Shown here in pieces: positions 53,683 to 64,000 of a stretch of 64,000 nucleotides of DNA. Source of the stretch: Octopus bimaculoides. Taxonomy: Eukaryota. The notes under the pieces are model-generated. The model saw only the letters and a list, made by a program, of their open reading frames with translations, was not told the origin of the DNA and made no database searches. Every line of letters starts with the position of its first letter. The stretch's first letter is position 1. The position numbers were made by a program, and so were the translations under genes. The stretch is taken from assembly GCF_001194135.2 (NCBI RefSeq), contig NC_068981.1, positions 49,278,827-49,342,826 on the forward strand, in the 5' to 3' direction.

Positions 53683-53873
53683 TACAATATATTGCTGGCA
53701 GGAGCGGAACCTGGTTATCACTCTGGTTTCCTGGTACGCGCGGCTGAGGATCAGCCAACCAACTCGAAGGAATCAAAACAGCCAACTAACTCAAAACTGA
53801 GTCAGTCTCCCGATCCTGTTGTCTGCTAGAGGATGATATAGATTCGCGGCCCCTGCTAGCAATATACATTGTA
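53683..53873. mobile_element. Possible MITE-like element with ~29-bp imperfect terminal inverted repeats
   Basis: TACAATATATTGCTGGCAGGAGCGGAACC pairs with GATTCGCGGCCCCTGCTAGCAATATACATTGTA, and TA is present at both ends. Confidence 0.4.
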
Positions 53874-56479
53874 TATAAAGTATGCAGCATCGCACCGACA
53901 ACCATCTGGCGGAACATCTGCCTGTGATTATACTAGTAGACACATGGAGCCGCCATTTTGATATGACAATTGACTTTACGTGTAAGCATAAAACAGTTTT
54001 TCAATAAAGGAAGAGAGAAACATATGTAGAGTAAATGCAAATTGGGTGTGATGTACTGCAGTCTAAGATATGTTACTTGCCTATGTGTTAATATAACTAC
54101 CTAAAATTTGAAATAAACTGGGTGAGGTTTTCATTTACTAAAATACTTCATGATTTCAAGTTTGCATACATTTTTTTAGAACATAGATTTTATATGGTAG
54201 TTATGCAATTAACGGAAACAAATTGAAAGTCTTTAACCTAACTAAAGGTATATCCTGAAAATGAACTCAATTATCACGAGAACAGTGAAACATATAACAA
54301 CAGATGAGTGCAATGCTTGTCTATTTATAACCTGTGTCACTGGCAAGATTGTATTGTTACATACATAGAACTACACAGGGTATTGAAGATTATTGAATGT
54401 ATTGACCAAGAATATATTTGGATACATTATTTGTTTAGTAAAAACCAGTCCGTTGACAATCTAGAAACGAACATTCACTATGGAAACATGTATTCTCATA
54501 TTGTTTAGCTTGCCGACTCAACTATCAGTGACTGTCATGAAACATCAACACATATGAAATAATATATCCTATTTCGATCGAATAATGGTTCGTTTTCAAC
54601 ATCACAAGGCATCTGTTGACGTTGATTGAAAAATCTGCCGTTTCCGATTAAATTAATCTTCATGATCGATATAATCGATTTCCGATTATCTCCTGTAGTC
54701 TCCGATATATTTATTTAGCCGTGTATGAATACATTGAAGATAGAAAATCTGTTGAGACAATATAGTAACAATTTCGATTAGTTTAACTGAGATATGGTGT
54801 TGTTGTGGAAGAGATTTAGAAGAATTTATCATGAACTTATCATAATATTTACATCATATTTAAACAAAGAACAAATATAATCGTCTAGATTTTACTGCAT
54901 ATTCAGAGAGATGATGCGGAAAATATGTAAGACCAGCCGTATTCAAATATGTTGAAAGGTCACGACACTGAGAATTACGTACTTAGATCTACTAATTTCG
55001 TAAGCATATATACAAATGTGCCAGTATGAGTGCGTGTTTGGGCGCGCGCACATTCGTGTGTGCGTACTTGTGAGTGTGAGTGTGGGTGTGTGCTTATTTT
55101 TGTGAATGGTCTATGGGAGCGACTGTGTATTTGTGAGAGAGCGTTTAGGTTTCTGTGCTATTTTCCGCTAGAGATTATATCTATACTATATTTAATAGAC
55201 TATAGCAAACATTTGCTTCTAATTAGAACGACAAACTGTGAGCGAACAGAATTGTGTTCTAGACAGTTATCAATCCTGTACTGGTATTTATCAACCGCCA
55301 AGAAATTTTAATGATTAGAGAAAGACAATTATTATAAATCCAATTATATTCCATTGCTTTCTTACATGCTAACTCGGTAAATAAGTAGCTGCTATGGTGT
55401 CACATATTAAACTGTATTGGTATTCACTGCTGTTATCAGTAAATCCGAACGAATTTCATTTGAGAGTGGCGAAAAGGAAGAAGAAAACGTTTTTAAACCA
55501 GAGTCTTAGCTCGAAAGCGTGCAACAAAATGGAATGGACTTCATGAAACTGAACCCGGCATCAAATAGAGATGTTAAATTCTTCTAACCAAGTAGGTCAC
55601 AATGAGATATAAAACCGTTATGCAAAGGGCCAGAAAATACTTTGAAAAGCACCGTAACCAAGTCTCTAACGTTGATGTAGCGGATGATCTATATTTTCTT
55701 TCCGGCATATTTGAGGTCCATTTTTTCGTTTGTATACTTTGCCTGGATATTAAAATCATAGAACACATTTGTCTGCTGATAGACTGAACAGTTCTAGAAA
55801 ATAATTTTACAGCTGTCTTCAGGCAAAGAATTAGAAGCGTAATGTTCACATGCGTGTTTCCATAGCCGATTATACGTACGATATGTCTCGGAGCATTATG
55901 ACGCAACAGCAGTAACGTCCCTGATTCATTAAACGTTCGTCCTTTCATTCAGATAAGCCTGCAGGCCTGAACATATACTGACTAGACTCAATTCTGTAAA
56001 ATAAAAGAGGTGAAATATTGTTTCCTCTTTCTCTAAGCATTTTTGTGGCTTTCCAATGTATCTCACAATGTATACACACATGTTCCCATTCCTGCAAAAA
56101 TGATTCCAAGTAAGGCCGAGTGCGAAAAGTTTGAAATTGAAGTCTTAGAGTAAATTTGGAAATGTTGGCATTTGGATACCTTATCCTGTTTTTATTTTTG
56201 TAGAGGCCTCACTTGAATATTCATGTCTTATAATTTTCAACACTTCAGTTCGTAGTTTATTACCGTCATTGGGTTTTGAAAAGATTTCCACGACTAGGCG
56301 GTGTTGTTTGTCCTATATAATCAGTAAACCTTAGCTCTCTTGGAAATCCGTCTCGGTTGATTGTGTAGGACTTTGTAAATTAGACAAGAGACTATCTGAG
56401 ACAGTGAACGGTGGTCACTCAAGCATAGCCAAATTATGGCTTTCCATTCTGTATATGTGCGTAAGTGTATGGATGCGTA

Positions 56480-56542
56480 TATATGTGTGTGTGTGTGCGT
56501 GTGTGTGTGTGTGTGTGTGAGTGAGTGTGTGTGTGTGTGTGC

Positions 56543-56620
<78 letters not shown>

Positions 56621-56630
56621 GTGCGTGTGT
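56480..56630. repeat. Long (TG)n microsatellite at a SINE tail
   Basis: Directly visible. Confidence 0.97.
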
Positions 56631-56631
56631 A

Positions 56632-56919
56632 GTGGCACTCCATCGGTAACGACGACGAGGGTCGCAGCTGATATGATCAACGGAACAGCTTGCTAGTGAA
56701 ATTAGGATGCAAGTGGCTGTCCATTCGACAGACACGTGTATCCTTAACGTATCAGGGAGATTTAGCGTAACACAGAGTGTGACAAGGCTGGTACTTTGAA
56801 ATACAGGTACTGCTCATTTTTTCCAGTTGTGTGGATTGGAGTAATGTGAAATAAAGTGTCTTGCTCAGAGACACAACGCGTCAACGAGAATTGAACTCAC
56901 GACATTCCGATCATTAGCT

Positions 56920-56922
<3 letters not shown>
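56632..56922 (-). mobile_element. tRNA-derived CORE/Meta-like SINE sharing its 3' tail with 4499-4880
   Basis: Minus strand reads GTGAGTTCAATTCTCG..GTGTCTCTGAGCAAGACACTTTATTTCACATT..CAGCCTTGTCACACTCTGTG..CTCGTCGTCGTTACCGATGGAGTGCCAC. Confidence 0.88.
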
Positions 56923-56962
<40 letters not shown>

Positions 56963-57018
56963 GAAAGAGAGAGAGAAAGAGAAAGATAGATAGATGGATA
57001 AACAGATAAATACACATA

Positions 57019-57490
57019 TACAAGTTCAGGCTTATTCCTGTAATTATCGGGCCACTGGGATATGTAACACAGCCTAAATACCAATCTTGAGAACGTAGGC
57101 TTCTCAAAATCAGAAAGGAGAAAGCTAATTCGAAGACAACAGATCCCATCTATCACTGGAACAGTAACACTCTATGAAACTTTCAAAAAGTTTATCATTT
57201 AAATATATATGAACATGTCTAGATATGCAATTATATGCATGAGAATACATACATAAAGCAAAACATACAAATCTGCACTTATACTTAAATACATACATAG
57301 CTATATACATACATACATAATACATACATACAAACATACAAACATACATACATACATACATACATACATACAAACATACTCTGTTATTGGTGTTGAAATT
57401 CCGATGAAGGAGCTTTGGATCTAGGTTAGAAACCGGCTCTTTCGCTATTAGCAAAAAAAATTGAAATGAAACTGAACAATGACATTCATA
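57019..57490 (+). mobile_element. 3' end of an RLE-type (R4/Dong-like) LINE: ORF C-terminus and 3' UTR among (CATA)n repeats
   Basis: YKFRLIPVIIGPLGYVT..NLENVGFSKSERRKLIRRQQI.SITGTV..TFKKFII* (stop at 57200-57202) fits the C-terminus of restriction-like-endonuclease LINEs. The clade assignment is from recall. Confidence 0.75.
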
Positions 57491-59864
57491 CACATATGCT
57501 AACATACATCTATGCAAATATGCATACATACATACTAACATACACGCATACATATAAATATATGCATACATACATACATACATATATTTGCATGCGTGTT
57601 TGTTTGAATGGTCTTTATTTCACAATATCATATCAGTTTATGTTGCAATTCCATACCAAGTAGATGAAGTTAAAATAATCGCTCTCATAAATCTGTCGTA
57701 TCTCCCGTGTTCCGATTAGTAAGTCGTTGATGCTCCTTATATCTGATTCCAACTACTTAAGCAAGTAAAGGAACTAGTGAAATATTTGTACTTGTTAATA
57801 AACTTTAAACTTTATGATCTCCAACTCTGTTGACTGTTCAACAATGCATCAAGCTGTTTCTAAAACAAAGAAACCTAGAAGCATTAAATTGAGACCAAAC
57901 AGCGGTATAATCGTTGCTCATATTCGTATGAGTTGATACTCGTGAATTTATGCTACTGAGTAACGATGTTGAAGATAGCAGTAGACTTTTTTTTTTACCT
58001 TAAGCTTGAAACGGGTTCTTGTACACGTCTAACCAAATATTTAATTCATTATCTTTCTTTTGCTCGACTACGGCTCGTATTTTATTTTTCAGAGTGTTTA
58101 AGGTAGTATTAGTGTCTTTTGGCGTCTAATTCTAGCGCGTGGAGAGGCTATAGCCGATCACTTGCTGTAATTATGTATATAATTATTATAATATGTATCT
58201 ATACGCATATGTGTGTCTGCGCATGTGTGTATGTGTGTGTGTTTATGCATGTGTGTGTACGTCTGTGTATGTTTGAGTTCGTGTGTGCGTGAGTGTGGAT
58301 GTATGTGTGCATGTGTGCATGTGTGTGAATGTGACAGTGCGCTCATATTTTAAAATATGTGCATATTTATTATTACATACGCATATATAATATACACAAC
58401 AAATTAACGCACACAGCCACACATATGTATACAAATATAAGGTTTATTGTGTGACATATAAACTATGTGCCTTATACGTGTATATTCAAGTGATGAAATA
58501 GTTAGGGTTAAACCAATAGTAATAATCATTAATTTAGAGAAAGAAATAAACAAATCAGGATTTCCCGAAAAAAATCTAAGTTTCACGAAACATCTCGGTG
58601 TTCATATAAGTTTAGTTTCATGTAAGTGGTCATTGAAAATTCCCGAAGGTGAAAGCAGCAGCGCAAAATGACGTCAACATTACAACAACTATTTCCGCTT
58701 TACTTCACATTGACTATCATCTTATTTTACACTTGTCCGTGAATTCAAACGAATACATAATACACACCCATAACTCACACACAGCATTGTGCATACTAAT
58801 GTTTATATATATATATATGGTGTGTTCGCCAAAAGTCAGCCGAATCTAAATCAAAATTCCATAAATAACAATCTGTAATTCTGACTGACTTGAATGGAAA
58901 AAATGTGCCCCTGAATAAGGACTTCAGTTTGAACAATTTTCATGATGTCTCATATTCAGATGCTTGTATTGAATTCATGCAGTTGTTAAACATAAGTATA
59001 TCTTCGAATTAAATTGTTTTAGTTTTACTCTCAGGTGACTTGTGGCCAACCCTATATATATATGTGAATATATGTATATACATATATATATATATNNNNN
59101 NNNNNNNNNNNNNNNNNNNNNNNNNNNNNNNNNNNNNNNNNNNNNNNNNNNNNNNNNNNNNNNNNNNNNNNNNNNNNNNNNNNNNNNNNNNNNNNNNNNN
59201 NNNNNNNNNNNNNNNNNNNNNNNNNNNNNNNNNNNNNNNNNNNNNNNNNNNNNNNNNNNNNNNNNNNNNNNNNNNNNNNNNNNNNNNNNNNNNNNNNNNN
59301 NNNNNNNNNNNNNNNNNNNNNNNNNNNNNNNNNNNNNNNNNNNNNNNNNNNNNNNNNNNNNNNNNNNNNNNNNNNNNNNNNNNNNNNNNNNNNNNNNNNN
59401 NNNNNNNNNNNNNNNNNNNNNNNNNNNNNNNNNNNNNNNNNNNNNNNNNNNNNNNNNNNNNNNNNNNNNNNNNNNNNNNNNNNNNNNNNNNNNNNNNNNN
59501 NNNNNNNNNNNNNNNNNNNNNNNNNNNNNNNNNNNNNNNNNNNNNNNNNNNNNNNNNNNNNNNNNNNNNNNNNNNNNNNNNNNNNNNNNNNNNNNNNNNN
59601 NNNNNNNNNNNNNNNNNNNNNNNNNNNNNNNNNNNNNNNNNNNNNNNNNNNNNNNNNNNNNNNNNNNNNNNNNNNNTATACAGATACACATACATATACA
59701 TAAGTTCAGTGTTGTTACTCTCGGTTATGTATTTTCAGTATTGAGACAGCGACAAGACAGAGATGCATGTCTCAATATATACTGGAAAGAATTGAGAAGT
59801 GCAGTTCTTGAATAGTCTGATTACTATGCAAGCGAACCCGTGATTTTTTTACTGATTTCTCCAG

Positions 59865-59927
59865 ATATTTGCGATTGGTTGTTTTGCTTGCTACGTTCAT
59901 AGAACATTTACAAAGACAATTTCAATG
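59865..59927 (+). other. Candidate 63-nt exon (alternative donor at 59941 gives 77 nt)
   Basis: Acceptor TTTTTTTACTGATTTCTCCAG| with a branch-like CTGAT; donor ATG|GTATGA. Confidence 0.4.
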
Positions 59928-60157
59928 GTATGAGGCTGGAGGTTTGCACTTAGTTTAATGAAAGAATATTATTGATAAGACACTTACCAGATGTAACTTT
60001 GCTTTACTGCATGTTACGAGTAGACACATTTTCATTTATACTTGCTTGTATTTATATATATAATGTATAGGTAAAATGTATAAAATTGCTTTGAAAATGC
60101 CCAGCACATATTTTTGTAAAACATCTGTTTAAAATTTCATATTTCGTTCTGTTTCAG

Positions 60158-60206
60158 GAGTACCACTGATAACTGAAATCATACAAGTGTTTAACAGTTG
60201 TTTCAT
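60158..60206 (+). other. Candidate 49-nt exon
   Basis: Acceptor ATTTCGTTCTGTTTCAG|; donor CAT|GTAAGT. Confidence 0.42.
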
Positions 60207-60471
60207 GTAAGTTAAATTTTAAAATACAATTATTATGAGGAGATATTTTTCAAGCAGCAAAAGAGAAAAATCTATGAAAACTTTTATATTGTTTAAGTTC
60301 ATTTTGTTTAAGCAATGTATATAGATATGAATACACAAATGCGCACGCACAAAGAAAAGCATTTCGTGTCCATTTCAGTGTGTGGGGNNNNNNNNNNNNN
60401 NGGGGGGGGGGGGTCGGTTACTGTGAAATTCACTGAAATCACCTCGTTCTCTTGCATCATTTCTTTCCTTT

Positions 60472-60840
60472 GTAAGGCAGTGAGCAGGCATAATCGTTAG
60501 CGCACTGGACGAAATGGTTAGCTGTATTTCGCCTATCACTACGTTCTGAGTTCAAATTCCTCCGAGGTCGATTTTGCCTTTCATCTTTTCGGGGTCGATA
60601 GATTAAGAACCAGTGAAACAATGGGGTCGATATAATCGACTAGTGCCCACTCCAAAATTTGAGTCCTTGTGCCACTGAAGAAAGGATTATTTCTTACGTT
60701 CTGATTTGAAATTCTTCTAGGGTAGACTTTGCTTTTCATAATTTCGGAGGCGATAAAATAAGTAGCAGTTTAGCACTGGGGTCAATGTAACCGACTTTGC
60801 ACCTTCCAACAAACTGCTGGCCTTGTTCCAAAATTTGGGG
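60472..60840 (+). mobile_element. Two tandem SINEs (Nin/Deu-like): one full-length, one lacking most of its head
   Basis: ACGTTCTGAGTTCAAATTCCTCCGAGGTCGATTTTGCCTTTCATCTTTTCGGGGTCGATA occurs at about 60541, with a second diverged copy at about 60697. Confidence 0.88.
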
Positions 60841-61585
60841 GCCATATATTTTCGCCTTTTTAAACCCATCATCAACGCTTATGTATCGTCATAATCGTAT
60901 TCAGTGAAAAAACGTGTGTTCGCACATGTTGCTGTATCTTTACAGCGATATGTGCAGATATTTGCACAGGAATTACAATATTAGATTCATTTGCGTCCCG
61001 CCTATTGTTTGTTCAACTTTATTTAAGACGAGCGTTTCCTACGTTGTTCAGTCTTTATTAATAGTTCGCGAATCAATGTTTCGTTTCTAATTATTGACAA
61101 AATAATTCATATGCATTTTTTACAAACAATTCGCTTACATGTTTTTGGGTGTACTAGAATGCAGTCATCGTATTGCTTTTTGAGTACCATGCGTTTACAT
61201 CCTCAAATTTACTTCTTTGAGAAAAGCATTCGATTGTTAAAAGTTGGAAACTATGTTTAAAGGTTTGTTTCTAGCAGAGACTCTTGTGGTATCATATAAA
61301 GGGGAACATTTAAAATATTTATTTCATACATTATAGTATATTTTAGTGTTGCAATGTATTGTGATGAAATTTAAGTTACGTTTCATGTGTATTATGACGA
61401 CTTTTTTTTTTCTGTTATTAATTGCATATTTTGTAAGCATGCATTTCATGCGATGAACTTTTGTTGTTTTTAATGAACAATATCTAGTGCAATCCAGCGT
61501 AAATTAAATCTTTTTATTAGTTTCTTTGAATACAAGTTCATTCAAAATATATAATATGGGGATTTAGTTCACAGGTGATGTAAAC

Positions 61586-61654
61586 GCTTAGGTACGCTAG
61601 GTAAGTGGGGTAAAGGATTACTACGACTCTACTTACCTTTGCCTTGCCTTAAGT
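61586..61654 (+). ncRNA. Pre-miRNA-like hairpin (candidate)
   Basis: About 24 bp pair within 69 nt, including an uninterrupted 13-bp stem AGGTAAGTGGGGT/ACTCTACTTACCT (2 G-U pairs) and a 14-nt loop. No known miRNA recognised. Confidence 0.3.
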
Positions 61655-62029
61655 TTTGTTTTGCTCTTTAACAAATATANNNNNNNNNNNNNNNNNNNNN
61701 NNNNNNNNNNNNNNNNNNNNNNNNNNNNNNNNNNNNNNNNNNNNNNNNNNNNNNNNNNNNNNNNNNNNNNNNNNNNNNNNNNNNNNNNNNNNNNNNNNNN
61801 NNNNNNNNNNNNNNNNNNNNNNNNNNNNNNNNNNNNNNNNNNNNNNNNNNNNNNNNNNNNNNNNNNNNNNNNNNNNNNNNNNNNNNNNNNNNNNNNNNNN
61901 NNNNNNNNNNNNNNNNNNNNNNNNNNNNNNNNNNNNNNNNNNNNNNNNNNNNNNNNNNNNNNNNNNNNNNNNNNNNNNNNNNNNNNNNNNNNNNNNNNNN
62001 NNNNNNNNNNNNNNNNNNNNNNNNNNNNN

Positions 62030-62066
<37 letters not shown>

Positions 62067-62162
62067 TAGAGTATGTGCGTGTGCACGCACGCGTTCTTGG
62101 TAGTGTGCTGCGCGCGTGTGCCCGTGTACGTATGTATGTATATATACCTTTTATGTTTTAAT

Positions 62163-62482
62163 TATTTGACTTAATAGATTGCGGTCATGCTGGGACACTG
62201 TCTTAAATAATTTTAGCCCAACGAATCAATCGTGTTACATATGTGAAAGCCTGGTACTTATTCTACCGGCTGTTTTGTCGCACCGCATGTTAAACGGGAC
62301 GTAAGAAAACCAACACCGCTTATAAACATATATTAGGTCTCTTTCAGTCTCCGTCTTCCAAATCCACTCCCAGGGATTGGTCTGTTTCAGGCTACAGTAG
62401 AAGGCACTTAACGAAGGTGCAACGCATTAGCTTCGACTCGGAACCACGTGGATGGTATGCAGACTTCTTACCACACAGTCAT
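62163..62482 (-). mobile_element. tRNA-derived SINE, same family as 6457-6736
   Basis: Shares ATTGCGGTCATGCTGG..CTCTTTCAGTCTCCGTCTTCCAAATCCACTC..GGAACCACGTGG..CTTCTTACCACACAGTCA. Confidence 0.85.
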
Positions 62483-62511
62483 ATACTTACATTTCAACGT
62501 ACATACATACA

Positions 62512-62543
<32 letters not shown>

Positions 62544-63109
62544 AGTATGTATATATATTCCCGATGGTTAATATAAATGTTATTACTATTCTAATACATA
62601 GAGCAAAAACTTAATCCATTTCTTCTGATAGTGCTAACGCTAAAAATGAAACATCTGATCACTTAAGACAAATGCATTATAATTATGTACACGCTAGGGA
62701 TTTTGAAAATTAATTATAACAATACCATTTTAAAGAATGGTTTTATTACAATGTTGTAACACAATGAATTCTCCAGACAAATCTGATAATCAATATTTCA
62801 ATAGGTAAAGTTTATCGGTAAACCACTAAATTCTAAACTATAACCAATAATTAGTTGCTAGACGACGGATTAATCACATGTAAGAATTATATCGAAAGCA
62901 TTTCATGTTATGCATGTCTATAGAAGCTGTTAACCTATAATTAACCCAGAATTAGTACATGTTTTTTTATTAAACATAAGTAAAATAAACGTTTTAGGTT
63001 TGATACAAGTTTAGTTTTCGCGTGATTGAAACGAACATATAACGCTAATATAACAATCACTTGCATTCTTCTTGCAAATAGAATGACGCCTAATGCATAC
63101 ATTTATATA

Positions 63110-63128
63110 TAAATACATATATAAATAC

Positions 63129-63200
<72 letters not shown>
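63110..63200. repeat. (TA)n/(TG)n microsatellite
   Basis: Directly visible. Confidence 0.97.
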
Positions 63201-63204
<4 letters not shown>

Positions 63205-63230
63205 ATACTGTGACAATTATTCCGTAGCCA

Positions 63231-63293
63231 TGATAAAACTCCGAGTTTCGGAGGTCGGGGCGGAAACCCACGCCGCCATCTTTTCAGTTATCA
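63231..63293 (-). ncRNA. Minimal type I hammerhead-ribozyme-like motif, probably a PLE relic with a mutated core
   Basis: TGATAA-CTGAAAA-[GC-rich imperfect stem II]-C-GAAA-CTC-G-GAG-T-T-TTATCA gives a 6-bp stem I, the GAAA core and a near-palindromic stem III. G8 reads A. Confidence 0.5.
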
Positions 63294-63938
63294 GAGCATC
63301 GAAAAAGTGCAATGAAAATATATATATAATATTGTTCTCTTTTACAAAATATGTAGAACTGCTAAAAGGAAATTCTCGGGTCGAACACAAGACAAAAGAT
63401 AATAATTAAATATAAATTCTTATTAGACAATCATACACATACATTTATAAATTCCACTTAAAATGTGTATACATATATTAATACATATTGACACAAGTGA
63501 ATATTTTTTAAAAGTATTTATAAAATATTAATATACATAAAAAATACATGAAAATAAAACCCATGTGGGATACGTATGGAAGGAAGTGTAAGAAAAAGAG
63601 GACTGAATTAATTGTAATATTTTTTTTTAATTTCTGAACTGAAATTAAGAGCGGTTAAGAATTTCGATTAAGAGATCCAGAGAGTTCGGTGTGATTTTAA
63701 AAACGTAAGTGGTATACAAGGTATATGATACGGCCGTTGAAAGTGAACACCCTCGAACTGCATTATATAACTTATATAGCATTTATATTTTTGAAAAAAA
63801 CACACCGGACTCTATGGATCTTTTAATCGAACCTCTTTACCGCTCTAATTCAGTCTTCTTTTTGTCACACTTCCTTCCATACGTATCCTATATGGGTTTC
63901 ATTTACATGTGTTTATTATGTATATTCATATATACATG

Positions 63939-64000
<62 letters not shown>

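Overview
AT-rich eukaryotic DNA from a short-read scaffold with seven N-gaps, most flanked by (TA)n. It is dense in microsatellites. The SINE and LINE families look like those of an octopus (coleoid cephalopod); this is my inference from recalled repeat sequences, not from a search. I recognise no host protein-coding gene with confidence, and most ORFs in the track are microsatellite or gap artefacts. Well-supported content: (1) Penelope-like elements, including a decayed 5'-truncated RT plus GIY-YIG copy on the minus strand bracketed by ~365-bp inverted repeats (44610-48359) and a GIY-YIG fragment at 95-745; (2) a decayed mariner (15387-16628) abutting a 5'-truncated CR1/L2-group LINE (16630-18965); (3) a second CR1-group fragment and the 3' end of an R4/Dong-like RLE LINE; (4) about 17 tRNA-derived SINE copies. 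Best leads: hammerhead-ribozyme-like motifs with palindromic stem III (34790, 43065, 63231), a 69-nt pre-miRNA-like hairpin that buries a splice donor (61586-61654), a TATA-linked intronless 108-aa orphan ORF (24553-24879, minus), and two promoter-like islands (CRE+TATA at 48765-48798, plus; palindromic E-box+TATA at 21037-21091, minus) with candidate downstream exons.
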